From Eledone cirrhosa (Eukaryota): DNA of 64,000 nucleotides. Shown here one piece after another: positions 12,359 through 25,926 of the stretch (position 1 is the stretch's first letter; every line of letters begins with the position of its first letter). Below the pieces are notes generated by a model. The model was given only the letters and a program-made list of their open reading frames with translations. It was not told where the DNA came from and made no database searches. The stretch covers positions 32,364,001 to 32,428,000 of the forward strand of contig OZ024758.1 of NCBI GenBank assembly GCA_964016885.1, written 5' to 3'. The translations under genes and the position numbers were made by a program.

Positions 12359-12829
12359 TGTGATATAACAATTCGTAGTACAAATGGGACATAAAGCGCC
12401 AGGCTTAACTCTCAGGAAATTTGGATCCATAATATCCTGTTATATTGCTCAAATATTCAATTTTGTATTATAAATTTTATATTCAAAAAAGAAAATGGTT
12501 ATAAATGGAAGAAAACCCCTCTGTCTACACTATATAGAACAGCCAAATAACAGCAATTACATCAACACCACAAACTAGATACACCACCTATCCCATCACC
12601 CCTCTGTGTACACTAAATACAACAGCCAGATAACGGCAATTTCACCACCACCACCACCAAATAATAATAATTACTATTATTGTATCTCAAGTTTTCTCAA
12701 AATGTTTAATTCAAATATTAAGAAAATATGTCAACACATATATTAAACATATACGACAAACCGCATAGGTACACAGATCAAACACATACTAGCTACAGTC
12801 TAGTCAACAAAACTCAGTAACGACAACGC

Positions 12830-14335
12830 CATCACTATAGTCACTGCCGCCACCACTCCATCATTGCTACCACTATCCCATCACTATAGTCACTGCCACC
12901 ACCACTCCATCAGTGCTACCACTATCCCATCACTGCCACCACCACTCCATCATTGCTACCACTACTCCATCATTGCTACCACTACCCCATCACTATAGTC
13001 ACTGCCACCACCACTCCATCATTGCTACCACTATCCCATCACTATAGTCACTGCCACCACCACTCCATCATTGCTACCACTACCCCATCACTGCCACCAC
13101 CACTCCATCAGTGCTACCACTATCCCATCACTGCCACCACCACTCCATCATTGCTACCACTATCCCATCACTATAGTCACTGCCACCACCACTCCATCAG
13201 TGCTACCACTACCCCATCACTGCCACCACCACTCCATCAGTGCTACCACTATCCCATCACTGCCACCACCACTCCATCATTGCTACCTCTATCCCATCAC
13301 TGCCACCACCACTCCATCATTGCTACCACTACCCCATCACTGCCACCACCACTCCATCAGTGCTACCACTATCCCATCACTATAGTCACTGCCACCACCA
13401 CTCCATCATTGCTACCAATATCCCATCACTGCCACCACCACTCCATCATTGCTACCACTATCCCATCACTGCCACCACCACTCCATCATTGCTACCTCTA
13501 TCCCATCACTGCCACCACCACTCCATCATTGCTACCACTATCCCATCACTATAGTCACTGCCACCACCACTCCATCATTGCTACCACTACCCCATCACTG
13601 CCACCACCACTCCATCAGTGCTACCACTATCCCATCACTATAGTCACTGCCACCACCACTCCATCATTGCTACCACTATCCCATCACTATAGTCACCACC
13701 ACCACCACCACCACCACTCCATCAGTGCTACCTCTATCCCATCACTATAGTCACCACCACCACCACCACTCCATCATTGCTACCACTATCCCATCACTAT
13801 AGTCACTGCTGCCACCACTCCATCAGTGCTACCTCTATCCCATCACTGCCACCACCACTCCATCAGTGCTACCACTACCCCATCACTGCCACCACCACTC
13901 CATCAGTGCTACCACTATCCCATCACTATAGTCACCACCACCACCACTCCATCAGTGCTACCACTATCCCATCACTATAGTCACTGCTGCCACCACTCCA
14001 TCAGTGCTACCACTATCCCATCACTGCCACCACCACTCCATCATTGCTACCACTATCCCATCACTATAGTCACTGCTGCCACCACTCCATCAGTGCTACC
14101 ACTATCCCATCACTGCCACCACCACTCCATCATTGCTACCACTATCCCATCACTATAGTTACTGCCGCCACCACTCCATCATTGCTACCACTATCCCATC
14201 ACTATAGTCACTGCCGCCACCACTCCATCAGTGCTACCACTATCCCATCACTATAGTCACTGCCGCCACCACTCCATCAGTGCTACCACTATCCCATCAC
14301 CGCCGCCACCACTCCTTCATTGCTACCACCACTAT
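12830..14335. repeat. 40/49-bp minisatellite
   Basis: Unit cactgccaccaccactccatca(t/g)tgctaccactatcccat with an optional 9-bp cactatagt. Confidence 0.95.
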
Positions 14336-14653
14336 TCCTCCATTACCTTCTGTTAACTTAAGAAAGGGGAAGGTGGCGGTATTACTAGACAAGGGAGAGG
14401 CTAGCAAAAGATATAAATAGACTGACTTAGTGACCCGGTCAAACGTCAACGACTATGGCACTGCTGGCTCCCCCCTTCCCCACCAACAATAGAAAAAGCC
14501 CCAGCACCACCACCGACATACCCAACAACAATAACAGGCAACTTCAACAAAAAGTATATTATATTAATAATAATTTCATTCTTAAGCCATGCAATGCTCA
14601 CATTAAGGAACCACTCATGATAATAACAATTTAAAAAACAACAAAAAAGAAAA

Positions 14654-17600
14654 CCCTGTGACCAAGAAATACTGGGATGGCGGCCGGTGGGGAATAGCCG
14701 TGTCTCTAGGGGAGGACGACCCCTCTAGTCTAGGTTGACACTCGTCCTAGAAGTGGTAACACGAAATGATTACCCCTTGGTGGTTAAGGATAAAACATGA
14801 CAAAATAAAGTAAATGTCAAATGATAAAATCTCATGCAGAATCGGCCGTCACCCGGATCAAAAAGGGCTGCATCCCTCAGAGAGGAACCAGACTGGGGTC
14901 GAAAAATCAGCTAATGGTTCAAACCTTCCCATCACTTCAGAGCTGGAGACCTCCCATAACCGGAATACTCCTACTGTTGGCCCTCCATGCTCACCACCAA
15001 GAAATCCAAAGAATAAGAGAGAAAAATGGTCAAGGGAAGATAATAAAGAAGTCCTTGAGGCTTTCTACACTGCCATGTACTTCCCATCAAATACATCGAA
15101 TACAGAACAGACATATATCAACTGGGAAAAGAAACATCCCGAAAACAGAGGCTATATTGACAGTAACAACTGAACACAGAGAATATATTGATAGTAACAA
15201 ACTAGCCAATATACGAAGAAATATTATTAAAAAAAAGTTACTAACTGACATAGAAATTGATCAGATCAAGCTATTAGCACAAAGTCAGCGAAAGGAAAAT
15301 GAAACGTGTCAGTGAAAACGAGGTAAATTGTAACACTTCGAATCCCAGGGTTGGGGCGGAATCACTGACAACAGAACAAATTAAAGAAAGGATCGAAAAA
15401 GTGGAGGGAGTGCATGCTCAAGATGAAACTCAAAATGAAAACAATGAGATCGTAAATGATAAAGAAATGAATGAGAATGAACTTGCCAACTTGAAGGATG
15501 AAATTATGATCGAATGGATGAAAATGAAAGAATCTGACATGGGGGAACGAGATACCCTCCCTAAGATCCAGAACTCCAAACAGAACCAAAAGATAATACA
15601 CAAGACTAACATAATTCTCAAAAACATTATCATCACAAACAAACTAAACATTACTGATTTAAATCATCTCTATTATGCATCGGCTAAAGTCACCACTCAC
15701 TTATGTGGAGTGAAGATGAAAAAACAAAGGAATTCCCACAAGAAATCTACTTGGCAAGAGAACATCAATCGACAAAAAAACCTTCTCCGATCTGACATAG
15801 AAATTTTAACAAACTACAGACTAAACTTAAAAAATTGAAAAGAAAATACAGTATAAAATCAACAAGTGACATAGACATGCTGATAGAAATAATCAAGCAA
15901 AAAGTGTCGACCAAAGCTACTCGTATAAGGCGCTTTGAAAAACGATCTAGATTCTATAAGGACAATAATATGTTCAAAAACAACCAAAGAAACTTCTACA
16001 GAAAAATTAGTAAGTCAACAATAACTGCTAAATCAATACCACCCAAGGAGGAAGTGCAAGAATTCTGGGAAAAGATCTGGGCCGAAGAAAAAGTTCATAA
16101 TATACATGCCCCATGGATAGACAGACAAATGAAAGATACAGCTCACCTTGAGGAACAAATATGGGAAAATATAACAGTTGAACAGTTGCGTTTGGCTCTT
16201 AGAAAAACCAGCAAATGGAAATCCACAGGAAAAGACAAAATACCAAATTTTTGGATAAATGCCTTCACAGAGTCTCATGAGCTGTTAGCCCAACTTTACA
16301 ATCAAATAGTTAAGGAGCCAGAAAAGATACCATCATGGCTAGTTAACGGCATTACATTCCTGCTTCCGAAGAATGATGAGACAAACAATCCCCAAAATTA
16401 CAGACCGATAACTTGCTTGACCACAATGTATAACATTTTAACATCAGTCCTAACTGAATATACATATGACCACCTGATAACAAATGATCTATTTCCCAAT
16501 GAGCAGAAAGGGTGTAAACGAGGCTCATATGGCTGTAAGGATCAGCTTTTGCTTAACAAAATGATACTGGAAGATTGTCATAATAGACACAAAAATCTAT
16601 CAATTGCTTGGATAGATTATAAAAAAGCATTCGATAGTTTGCCACACAGTTGGATTGAAAAATGTTTAGAGATTTTCAAAATATCTCCCGTTGTCAGGAG
16701 GTTTTTGTCATTCAGTATGAAGACATGGAAAACGACACTCCTTTTGAATAGTGAAAAAAAAACACTGGAAGCTGGAGAAGTTAATATTAATTGTGGAATT
16801 TTTCAGGGTGACTCTTTATCACCTCTTTTATTCTGCATCGCACTTATACCATTAAGTAAAATGCTCAATGAAACAAAACATGGATATAAAGTCTATGACA
16901 AAACCATTAATCACTTGTTCTACATGGATGACCTGAAACTATTTGCAAAAAATGATGAACAATTGCAAGGGCTATTATCCACTGTGGAGCAGTTCAGTGA
17001 TGACATTAAAATGGAGTTTGGACTAGATAAATGCGCCAAAGCAACGTTCACCAGAGAAAAGCTGCTGAAAAGTTCAGACATTAATCTTGATCGGGGGAAT
17101 GTGATAAGAGAACTTGATCAAGAGGAAACTTACAAATATCTAGGTGTTTGTGAAGGAGACGGAATCAAGCACTCGACAATGAGGGAAAGGATAAGGAAGG
17201 AATGTTACTGCAGAGTAAGAACAATCTTAAGAACGGAATTGAATTCAAGGAAGAGGATCGATGCCATAAACACGCTTGCCATACCAGTAGTAACCTACAG
17301 TTACAATGTCATCAACTGGTCAAGCACAGAGATCCGTAGGCTCGATACAAAAATTAGAAAATTCTTAACCATGCACAGAATGCATCACCCTAAGGCAGAT
17401 ACAGATAGAATATATCTCCCTAGAAAAGCAGGAGGACGTGGGTTAATCCAGTTAGATATTGCGTTGAAAACTGCAACAATTGGATTATCTACATATCTAA
17501 GGGAATCACATGATTGGATGATCAAAAGATCATACTCCATTACAAAAGATGCACAAAGATACAGTAATGGACTACAAATTTCAGAAGTCCCATTTACTGC

Positions 17601-18527
17601 TGAAATGGAAAACACAGAAAAAGCAAAGCAGGTAAAAGTAACTGCAAAGAAAGAACTGCTACAGAAACTGGCTAAGAAATGGCAAGAAAAGCCTCTGTAT
17701 GGAAAATACCCAGAAAGAGCTAACAATCCTGATGTTGACAAAACTTTAACCCATCAGTGGTTGGCATCCTCTGGACTGATTATATCAGCACAAGATCAGT
17801 GTCTGCCAACAAAAAATTACCAAGCCAACATAATAAAAAATGGATGCAACCCATTACACCGTGTATGTAAAAAACAACCAGAGACCATTGATCATATAAT
17901 TTCAATGTGCAGTCCTATAGCTCCAACCGAATACCTAAACAGGCATGACAATACATACATTGGATAATGTGTAAGCATTTTGACCTGCCCCATCAAAAGA
18001 ATTGGTGGGAGCATCAACCACCTCCCATACTTGAAAAAGATCACATCTCAATCTTGTGGAACTTTAGCATCCAAACAGACCGAAAAATAGATGCAAATAG
18101 ACCTGATATAATACTGAAGGACTTTAAAAAGAGGGTATGCCTGCTAATTGATATGTCCGTTCCAATAGACAAGAATGTATCTATAAAAACATTTGAAAAA
18201 TTGAGCAAGTATAAGGACCTGGAGATAGAAATTGGAAAAATGTGGAAATTGAGAACTAAAACAATACCAGTGGTTGTAGGCGCTCTAGGAATGATACCTA
18301 AGGGGTCTAATGATTACTTATCCCAAATTGCAGGAAACCCGCGTATAGGAGAAATACAAAAGATAGTACTAATGGGAACTGCCCATATACTAAGGAAGAT
18401 TCTGTAAATATAAGTACATCCCAAGTCTAAACACCTAAAGATGTTGTCTCTTGAGGTCACTGGTTGTGACTTGGTGATAACTCGTATGAACATAAAGCAA
18501 GATAAATGCAACTGTAATAATAATAAT
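14654..18527 (+). mobile_element. R4/Dong-clade non-LTR retrotransposon (RLE), near full length
   Basis: Single long ORF relic, structured GC-rich 5' region, short 3' UTR ending in (TAA)n at 18515-18527. 5' boundary approximate. Confidence 0.88.
14814..18407 (+). pseudogene. RT + CCHC + restriction-like endonuclease ORF with a few frameshifts
   Basis: REKWSREDN N-terminal motif; NYRPITCL, WIDYKKAFDS, GIFQGDSLSPL, FYMDDLKL; RVC...ETIDHIISMC, RHDN, NRPDII, LIDMSVP, KLSKYKDL. Confidence 0.92.
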
Positions 18528-18814
18528 AGAACAGCCAATTGTAATTGTTATTATACATGGCTAGCTGGAGAAGTTAGAGAAAAGAAAATGTTTTATTAAG
18601 GTAAACAATAATATCATTCTACAGATATTGAAGCTGAAAAATTGTGACAACAAATTATTATTTCAAATCTTGCTAACCCCAATATATTGTAGGTGGGTTG
18701 TTAATATTTGAAGGGTATTAAAAGATAAACTTTATGTATTATCAATATGGGAGTGTTTGAAATTTGAAAATGTGAGAGTCTCAAACTCAGAAAATAGCTA
18801 TAACTGTCGATCAC

Positions 18815-19165
18815 TTCTTCTTCAGCCACTTATTCCTGACAGGGTTGAGGGGAGCAGAGTCCTCAAACACTCCTTCCAGTGGGTCCTGTCAGAAGCAACC
18901 ATCTCCAACTGATCCAGCTGGATCCCCAAGTGAGACCAAGCAAGCTCATTAATGTTATCCAACGATCTTGCTCGAGATCTCCTGCCAGTTGGTTTTGGCT
19001 GTAAAATCTGTCCAGTGATTCTTTTCTAAGACATTCTTACCCATAGTATCGGAGTTGTGATCTCTTAATTCAGAAAAGTAGCGGCTTTACCTGGAGTGTC
19101 TCTCTGATCTCTGAGTTACGCAGTCTATTGAGTAATGTTACTCCAAAGACCATACAGATATTTCG
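18815..19165 (-). mobile_element. Old RTE-like 3' remnant
   Basis: Reverse-complement similarity to 3340-3505. Confidence 0.55.
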
Positions 19166-19805
19166 GTAAATTACCTTTAGAAATGGAAAAAAATAATTTG
19201 CTTTGATTTTCTCAACTATTATTTATAGTACTCAATTGTTATTACAGTTATTTTCTGCATTTGGATCTCTCACATTTTTAAATTTTAGATATTAAAAATG
19301 TTTGAATTTCTATAACAATTTAATTCATAAAGAAATGATGTGAAAAATATTATTCAAACATAATAAGGATGCTAAGAAAGTAAATAGAAGTCAAAAGGTT
19401 TAAAGAACTTTTCTTTAAACTGCAGCCCATTTGCTTTTCTGAATGGCACGCCTAATTTCAAAACTGCTTCAAATTTTTTTAGTTAGTAGTCCGGCCTGCC
19501 ATATGATGAAACCCATCCTATATTGCCCACTGCTCGAAAAAGACTGCAAATGCCTGATCTACACTGATAAGAGATTCTAATCATTCATTGTTGAAACTTA
19601 CAAAAATTAATTATTTCCTCATTATCATCATTAGTTACGTATTAAAAAAAATACTATCTTCAAGTATGTATTAAATAGAATCAACCCTATTTGTACATTA
19701 ATATGAGTTATTAATTAGCAAGATATTTCACAGTTTTATACACCTATTAATCAAGCATGGACTCATAGGAGTTTATATTTTGTCTGATATAGTAAATACA
19801 ATTAC

Positions 19806-19820
19806 CTCTTCTTTCCACAA
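19806..19820 (-). CDS. Candidate 15-nt host micro-exon
   Basis: tttcacag|TTGTGGAAAGAAGAG|gtaatt on the minus strand; length divisible by 3. Confidence 0.3.
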
Positions 19821-20477
19821 CTGTGAAATGCCATATTGAAAGTACAATAAAAATTTTACATCTCTGTCCAAAGCTGGAGATATCATCTACACACCACAAA
19901 AAACCTCAGTCCATTCTACTGGGGGCACTAAAATGTGAATATTTTGGTGGTATAATGTCAAGTCTCTTAGAAGAGAGTCTTCATTAAAAGGATCATCTTA
20001 ACTATAATTATTTATTACATACTAATGCAAGCTAGAACTATCTCTTGGTTTTTGCTGCCAAGCTAAAACTAATTCATTAATGGTTTATGAAAAGCATTAA
20101 CATGAAAAAAAAAATCTCTTTTATAAATTCCAAGTTTTATAATCACGCCGAAATATTCTAAATATAATATTAATAATTTTGCTATTATTAAGCAGAAATC
20201 TTAATAATTGATTACATTACAGAACTGTTAATAATTAATTACATAGTCCATGAACACTCATCTACTAATTTCAACTAAAGAAACAGATTTAGTTTAGTCA
20301 ATCACCTGATGTTCTGAGATGGAATTGTTTTTAAATTAGGCCCAAGGTCAGCAATTTTGGGTGGAACAGAAAGTTTATTATATTGCTTGACTGGTACTTT
20401 ATTTTATCGACCTCGGAAGGATGGAAGGTAAAGTTGACTTTGTGGGGATTTGAACAGGAATCAGTTTTAATAATATA

Positions 20478-20808
20478 CAGTGGAACCATGATTCATGAAC
20501 TTAATTCCTTCCTGAAGGCCATTTGTCACCCAAAAATGTTTGTAAACCAAAACTATTTTTCCCATAGGAAAGAAACAGTGAGAGAAAGATTGTATGTGAA
20601 AGACAGATAGATATCACCATAATAACTAACTACACAGCAAGTGACGCTCTCCTGCTGATACTCCTAGCTTGTTGCGAACCATTGTTGCTGGCTTATGTGT
20701 TCATTACTTAAAACACCATTTATCACCATAGACTTTTTATGTTCAGAAAAATTGTTCGTGAACTGATTTGTCCATGATGAGAAGCATTCATGAACTGAGG
20801 TTCCACTG
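20478..20808. mobile_element. Tigger/pogo-like MITE
   Basis: TIRs cagtggaacc.../...ggttccactg flanked by TA on both sides. Confidence 0.85.
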
Positions 20809-21809
20809 TATATAGAATACCTACTTAGGTTTTTCTGAACAATGTTAAAACTGTCAAACTATAGGAGAGAATGAAACATCAGTCATTAAGAATGGATACA
20901 ACATAGTTCTCTATTTGGTATTATAGTTTACTGTAAAATATATTTTCTTGGCAGTAGTATAAAGTGTTGTGTAGAGTGTTGTCACAGATTGTGATAAAGT
21001 GTTGCTGTAAGAAGCACCATTTCAAGCAGACAGCAGTAGATGAAGAAGTGAAAAAATGAATATAGAAACTGAAACAGCTAAAACTGATGAAGAATATTTA
21101 GGCAAAGATAAGAGGGAATGATCATGAGAAACAAGGAATTATCAGGATATAGCATGTAAAGAATATATTAGTTGGATGTTTTAAGAGGATTATATTAGAC
21201 TTAAAGAATCACTTAACATTCCAGAACACAGTATAATAAAGTTTGAAATAGAAATATATTACTTTATATAATACTTGCATCAAATTGTTACATAGTCATA
21301 TACAAGAATTATTATTATTATTATTTTTTTTGTACATATATTAGACATATAAATCATTTGAATACTACTAATAAAGAAAATAATAATAAAATTTGAAAAA
21401 TATCTAATATTAAAGAACATTAGACAAAAACAAGAGCAATATCAATGTCATTAAAATACATCATTATCGGCAACAGTTGATAACAGACATTTTAAATCAC
21501 ATTAAAATAAATTAATGATTCTTCAATTTAGCTGAATTCCTACTCCCTTCGCACTTCACACAACAATAGATTTTTCTTTTAGATTTTACAAATAGTTTGC
21601 AGAAAGCATGCATTGTGTATTTTGCTTGCATGCATAGACACTAAGAAGTAGTGGATTTTAAAGAAGAAATCTGCATGCTCATTGAGTGCTAACAAATTTG
21701 CAAAATTAGTCCAGATTAAAAAATATTTGAAGAAAGAAAGAAGAGATATTTTATATAGAAACAAACAAGAATGCTTAACCAGGGAAGATATTAAATCCTT
21801 TATAAAAAT

Positions 21810-21901
<92 letters not shown>

Positions 21902-22078
21902 ATATATATATATATATATATATTTCATTGACAAATATATCAATATGCCCAGACATGTAGATATATTGCCCTTGGTATGACAGTGTGGTTTTAGCTCAAT
22001 GTAGGATAACTAGTATACTACAGAGCCATTATAGTTATAGGAATAACCAAAGAGTGCATAGAAATACATTGTTTTATT

Positions 22079-22125
22079 AGCTAACAGTGTTTCATCCATA
22101 CCCCATGGCAGGAATCATCAGAGCC
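22079..22125 (-). ncRNA. Minimal hammerhead (left arm)
   Basis: ggct-CTGATGA-ttcc...ggat-GAAA-ca c tg-TT-agct. Confidence 0.65.
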
Positions 22126-22152
22126 TATAAACATGATATACTCATGTTTACA

Positions 22153-22199
22153 GGCTCTGAAGATTCCTGCCATGGTGTATGGATGAAACACTGTTAGTT
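22153..22199 (+). ncRNA. Minimal hammerhead (right arm)
   Basis: ggct-CTGAAGA-ttcc...ggat-GAAA-ca c tg-TT-agtt. Confidence 0.65.
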
Positions 22200-22259
22200 A
22201 ATAAAACAATGTATTTCTAAGCACTCTTTGGTTATTCCTATAACTATATATATATATAT

Positions 22260-22830
22260 GTTGGGTCACTCTTGAGTGCTACTGGTAACATGTAACCCAG
22301 TACAACCCAGTACAACCTGTACATGTAACCCAGTACAACCTGCATGGTTGGTTCGCCAGTGACTAAACCAGCAACCCCACCAAGTTTACTTGGTGAGGAG
22401 GGTGATTTTTAGACACCCTGCAGGACAAAAAACAAAACCTGACAAAGGGCGGAAGAACTCATAAGAGTCAACGGCCATCCGGAAGTGTGTAAATATGTAT
22501 ATACACATGTACTGCGTGGTTTAACCACTGGGAGTGAAGGACCCCTAGCCTTTGTCAGGGCATTCTTCTAGGAGAAGGCAACTCAGGAAACTGGGATAAC
22601 TCCAACATAAAAACTGCAGCTCAGTAGTTACCGATGATGTTGATCTTTTCTTCTTTTCGGGTTATAGCTACTGTCGCTCAGAGAGTGGGATTGGCTCAGT
22701 GCACAGTCTTTCCTCACTTTAAAAAATATCTTCATGCACAGGCATGGCACGATAGAATTAATTAATAATTATTAATAATGGTATATCGTACAATGGCCAT
22801 ACTCAATAACGAGGGGGCAGCCATCATCAT
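22260..22830 (+). mobile_element. Unclassified non-coding retroposon, LINE 5'-UTR-like
   Basis: GC-richer island between (TA)n runs ending in (CAT)n; carries a pseudoknot motif similar to the R4/Dong 5' region. Confidence 0.45.
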
Positions 22831-23277
22831 GTATATATATATATATGTATGTGTATATATATATTATATATATTTAAGTTAACGAGGTATTATCTAAGGC
22901 AATCCAAATAGAGGTTATCAGTATTCTGTATCGTGGTTCGGCATTGTTTGACTCAACAAGAAGTTTACTTAGTTGAGATGATCAGGTGGCTGATTCCAGA
23001 CAGTTCCTAGGTAAGCGGTTCCTGGGGCATGAAGAATAACATAGATTGGCTGTACAGTAGTGACAAATGATTTTAATTAAAGTTTACACCAATCAATTTC
23101 TCAAAATACTGTATTTTGAAAATTTGGTCCGTGTTAACTGTACATAAAATCATTTTTCGCGGCACACTGCGTATAGCGGTTTTTAGACAAACTGGACCAA
23201 TGAAACATTTATTAATACTTAGAATAAACCCTACTGTATAGCTGATCCGTATTATTCTTCACTCCTTTATTATATAT

Positions 23278-23490
23278 CATCATCATCATCGTTTAATGTC
23301 CATCTTCCATGTTAGCATGGGTTAGATGGTTTTGTTCCATTTGATGCGGGAATGGTCAGGAGACTATGTCTCATTCCTACGGAAGTGTCTCTGGCAGGTT
23401 TTTTACAGCTGGATGCCCTTCCTAACACCAACCACATTTACAGTGTGGACTGGGAGCCTTTTTACCATGTCTCCTACACGGCCACCTTAC
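23278..23490 (-). mobile_element. SINE body/tail fragment related to family A
   Basis: tacagctggatgcccttcctaacacc block and (CAT)n. Confidence 0.65.
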
Positions 23491-23597
23491 ATATTTATAA
23501 ATATATATGAATATATAAATATATATATATATGCAGGATATCCGTAGATAAATTGTCAAGGAAAAGAATGCTCAATCTATTGCAAGAGAGCTTATTT

Positions 23598-23796
23598 AGT
23601 GTAAATAAAGTTTCATACACTTAACATGTATGCACGGCCATTGGTTTTGCGGTCCAGCTATGGCCACCACTGTATAGTGGAGGAGCTTCTGAATGCCTCA
23701 TGAGAAGCCTCCTCCACTATACAGTGGTGGCCAAAACTGGACCCTGAAACCAATGGTTGTGCATACATGTCAAGTGTATGAAACTTTATTTATACT
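23598..23796. repeat. Fold-back inverted repeat (~95-bp arms)
   Basis: agtgtaaataaagtttcatacac...gtgtatgaaactttatttatact with a ~10-nt loop. Confidence 0.9.
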
Positions 23797-24103
23797 CTAT
23801 CTATCTATCTATATATAAGTTTGACATCTTTGGCATGGATAATTTTCCTGTGGGTTGAATAAAGGGTTCAGTTTGGAATTTTCAGAATGTTATCAAATAT
23901 AATTTGTAATTTAGGCACATGCCCAGCAATTAGGGGGATGGGGAAAAGTCAATTAAATCAACCCTAGCACTTGATTGGTACTTTATTTTATTGACCCCAG
24001 AAGGGTGAAAGGCAAAGTGAACCTCAGCAAGATTTAAATTCATTATGCAAAAAGCTGAAACAAATGCTGCCAATCCCCGGTCCTAATGTTACCAAATATG
24101 ACA

Positions 24104-24148
24104 CACCTCTGAAGAAGACCAAAGGGTACAATGGCTGAAATGTTGAGA
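24104..24148 (+). ncRNA. Degenerate minimal hammerhead relic
   Basis: cct-CTGAAGA-agacc...ggct-GAAA-tgtt-gag; stems imperfect. Confidence 0.35.
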
Positions 24149-25016
24149 CCATAACAACTAAGATGAGGGCATTAGGGAGAATAAATCAGTGTATAATAAT
24201 GGAATTCCCCGTTTCAGAAATTCAGATAAGATTTAAAAGATATTAGTGTGAAAAAGCAAGTCAATGAATGATCCAATATACATAATTGAACACTGACAAG
24301 TGTATTTCTTAACTGAATAACTATATAACTAATCTCATACATGCCTTAGTATTATTGACCTTTAAAACTTAGAAACCTTTTAAGCACCCTGAAGCTGCCA
24401 AGTTCGAAGCCACTGTCAACCAATATCGATAAATAATTATAAGGTATTCTTCTAGTTCATTGGAACTAACCAAATTAAAAATAAACAAACAAAAAATCCT
24501 GTTACATTTGTAAGTTTGAATAAAGAAGTTCGTAAGAGAAACAAAAATAATTTCATTGTTGCCATTAAAGACATCTTGCAATATAATGTTGCAGCTGGAA
24601 GGAGCAATATTCTTTTTTCCAATTGAGTGTGGATTAACAGAATAAAATGAAATACAGATTTAACAACTACTTGAAAACTGATTAATTCGACAATATCCTC
24701 TATGAAGAAAATAGCTGCTAGCTTTAGATAAAACTTCTAACAGTATTCAAATAATTGTTTCTATTTTTGGCACAAGGCCAGCAATTATCCCAGCACATTA
24801 CTGGTACTTTATTTTATGGACCCTGTATGGATAAAAGGCAAAGTTAACCTCGGCGGGATTTGAACTCAGACCGAAACAGGCTGTAACCCTATGCTGCAAA
24901 GACTGGCGTCTGACTCTCTACCGATACTGCCAATCCACCTCAAATAATGTAACCTAATTTCTGATAGTTTCTGTCAAGTAATATATATATATACTGGTTA
25001 TACTTGGAACATTGAA

Positions 25017-25325
25017 GGTACATGGTTTAATGGTAAGACCATCGGGCTAACAATCATGAAGTTGAGAGTTCAATTCCCAGACCGAGCTGTGTGTTGTGTT
25101 CTAGAACAAGACACTTTATTTCACGTTGCTCCAGTTGACTCAGCTGTAGAAATGAGTTGCGACGTCACTGGTGCCAAGCTGTATCGGCCATTGCCTTTCC
25201 CTTGAACAACATCATTATCGTGGAGAGGGGGGACTGGTATACAGAGACTTGACCGGACTTGAGCCTTGGAGGGCAACTTTCTAGGTGAAAATCACATGGT
25301 TGTTCATGACTGAAGGGAGTTTACT
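25017..25325 (+). mobile_element. tRNA/CORE SINE family B
   Basis: Same head and CORE as family A, different tail (gtcactggtgccaagctgtatcggcc...ttcatgactgaaggg). Copies at 34777-35110(+) and 39860-40623(-). Confidence 0.8.
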
Positions 25326-25926
25326 TGGAAGAATAGCAAAGAGATGTTTAGATGTTAATACCAATATATAAATATATAATTTCTAATATAAGCACAATGG
25401 GAAGGTGATAGTTGATTTAATTGATCCAAGTACATAACTGGGACTATTTTATCAACACTGGCAAAGGTAAAGTAAACTCAGTGCAATTTGAATATGTCAT
25501 CATGAAAAGAATGATAAGTATTTTTACTATAATCTTTCTCAATCTCCTTACTAGCTTGATTTAGCGCATTCTCAATAATAAACCCCTCCACTCCATTCCT
25601 AAGAACTTTTTACTCTCTTCTTTGTAAATAGTGTATCATACATTTTTCCTTTATGAACCCTTTTTAATATTTTAAATTTACACACAGCTAGTGAACTAAA
25701 TGATAAGAAAAAAAAAAAGAAAAAAAAAGAACTCAGAATGCAAAGAACCTGAACAGAAACTGCAAAGAATTTTTTTTGATATGCTAATGATTCTGCTAAT
25801 CAATGATTTCTATTATAGCTGTCAGTGCTCAAATTTTAAGGAGGGGAGTAGTTATGTCAATCTCAAACTTGACTGGTACTTATTTTATTAACCTAGGAAG
25901 GATGAACATGTATATATATGTATATA

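Larger units (their letters stand above)
22030..22248. repeat. ~107-bp-arm palindrome of an HHR-bearing unit
   Basis: Near-perfect inverted arms around a 5-nt loop at 22137-22141. Confidence 0.95.

Noticed and set aside
12230-12437. Minus-strand exon DIMDPNFLRVKPG...
   Set aside because: Runs into an (ATT)n microsatellite, has a weak acceptor and no recognisable homology.
12953-14256. His/Pro/Thr-rich ORFs
   Set aside because: Translations of the minisatellite; 40/49-bp units do not preserve frame.
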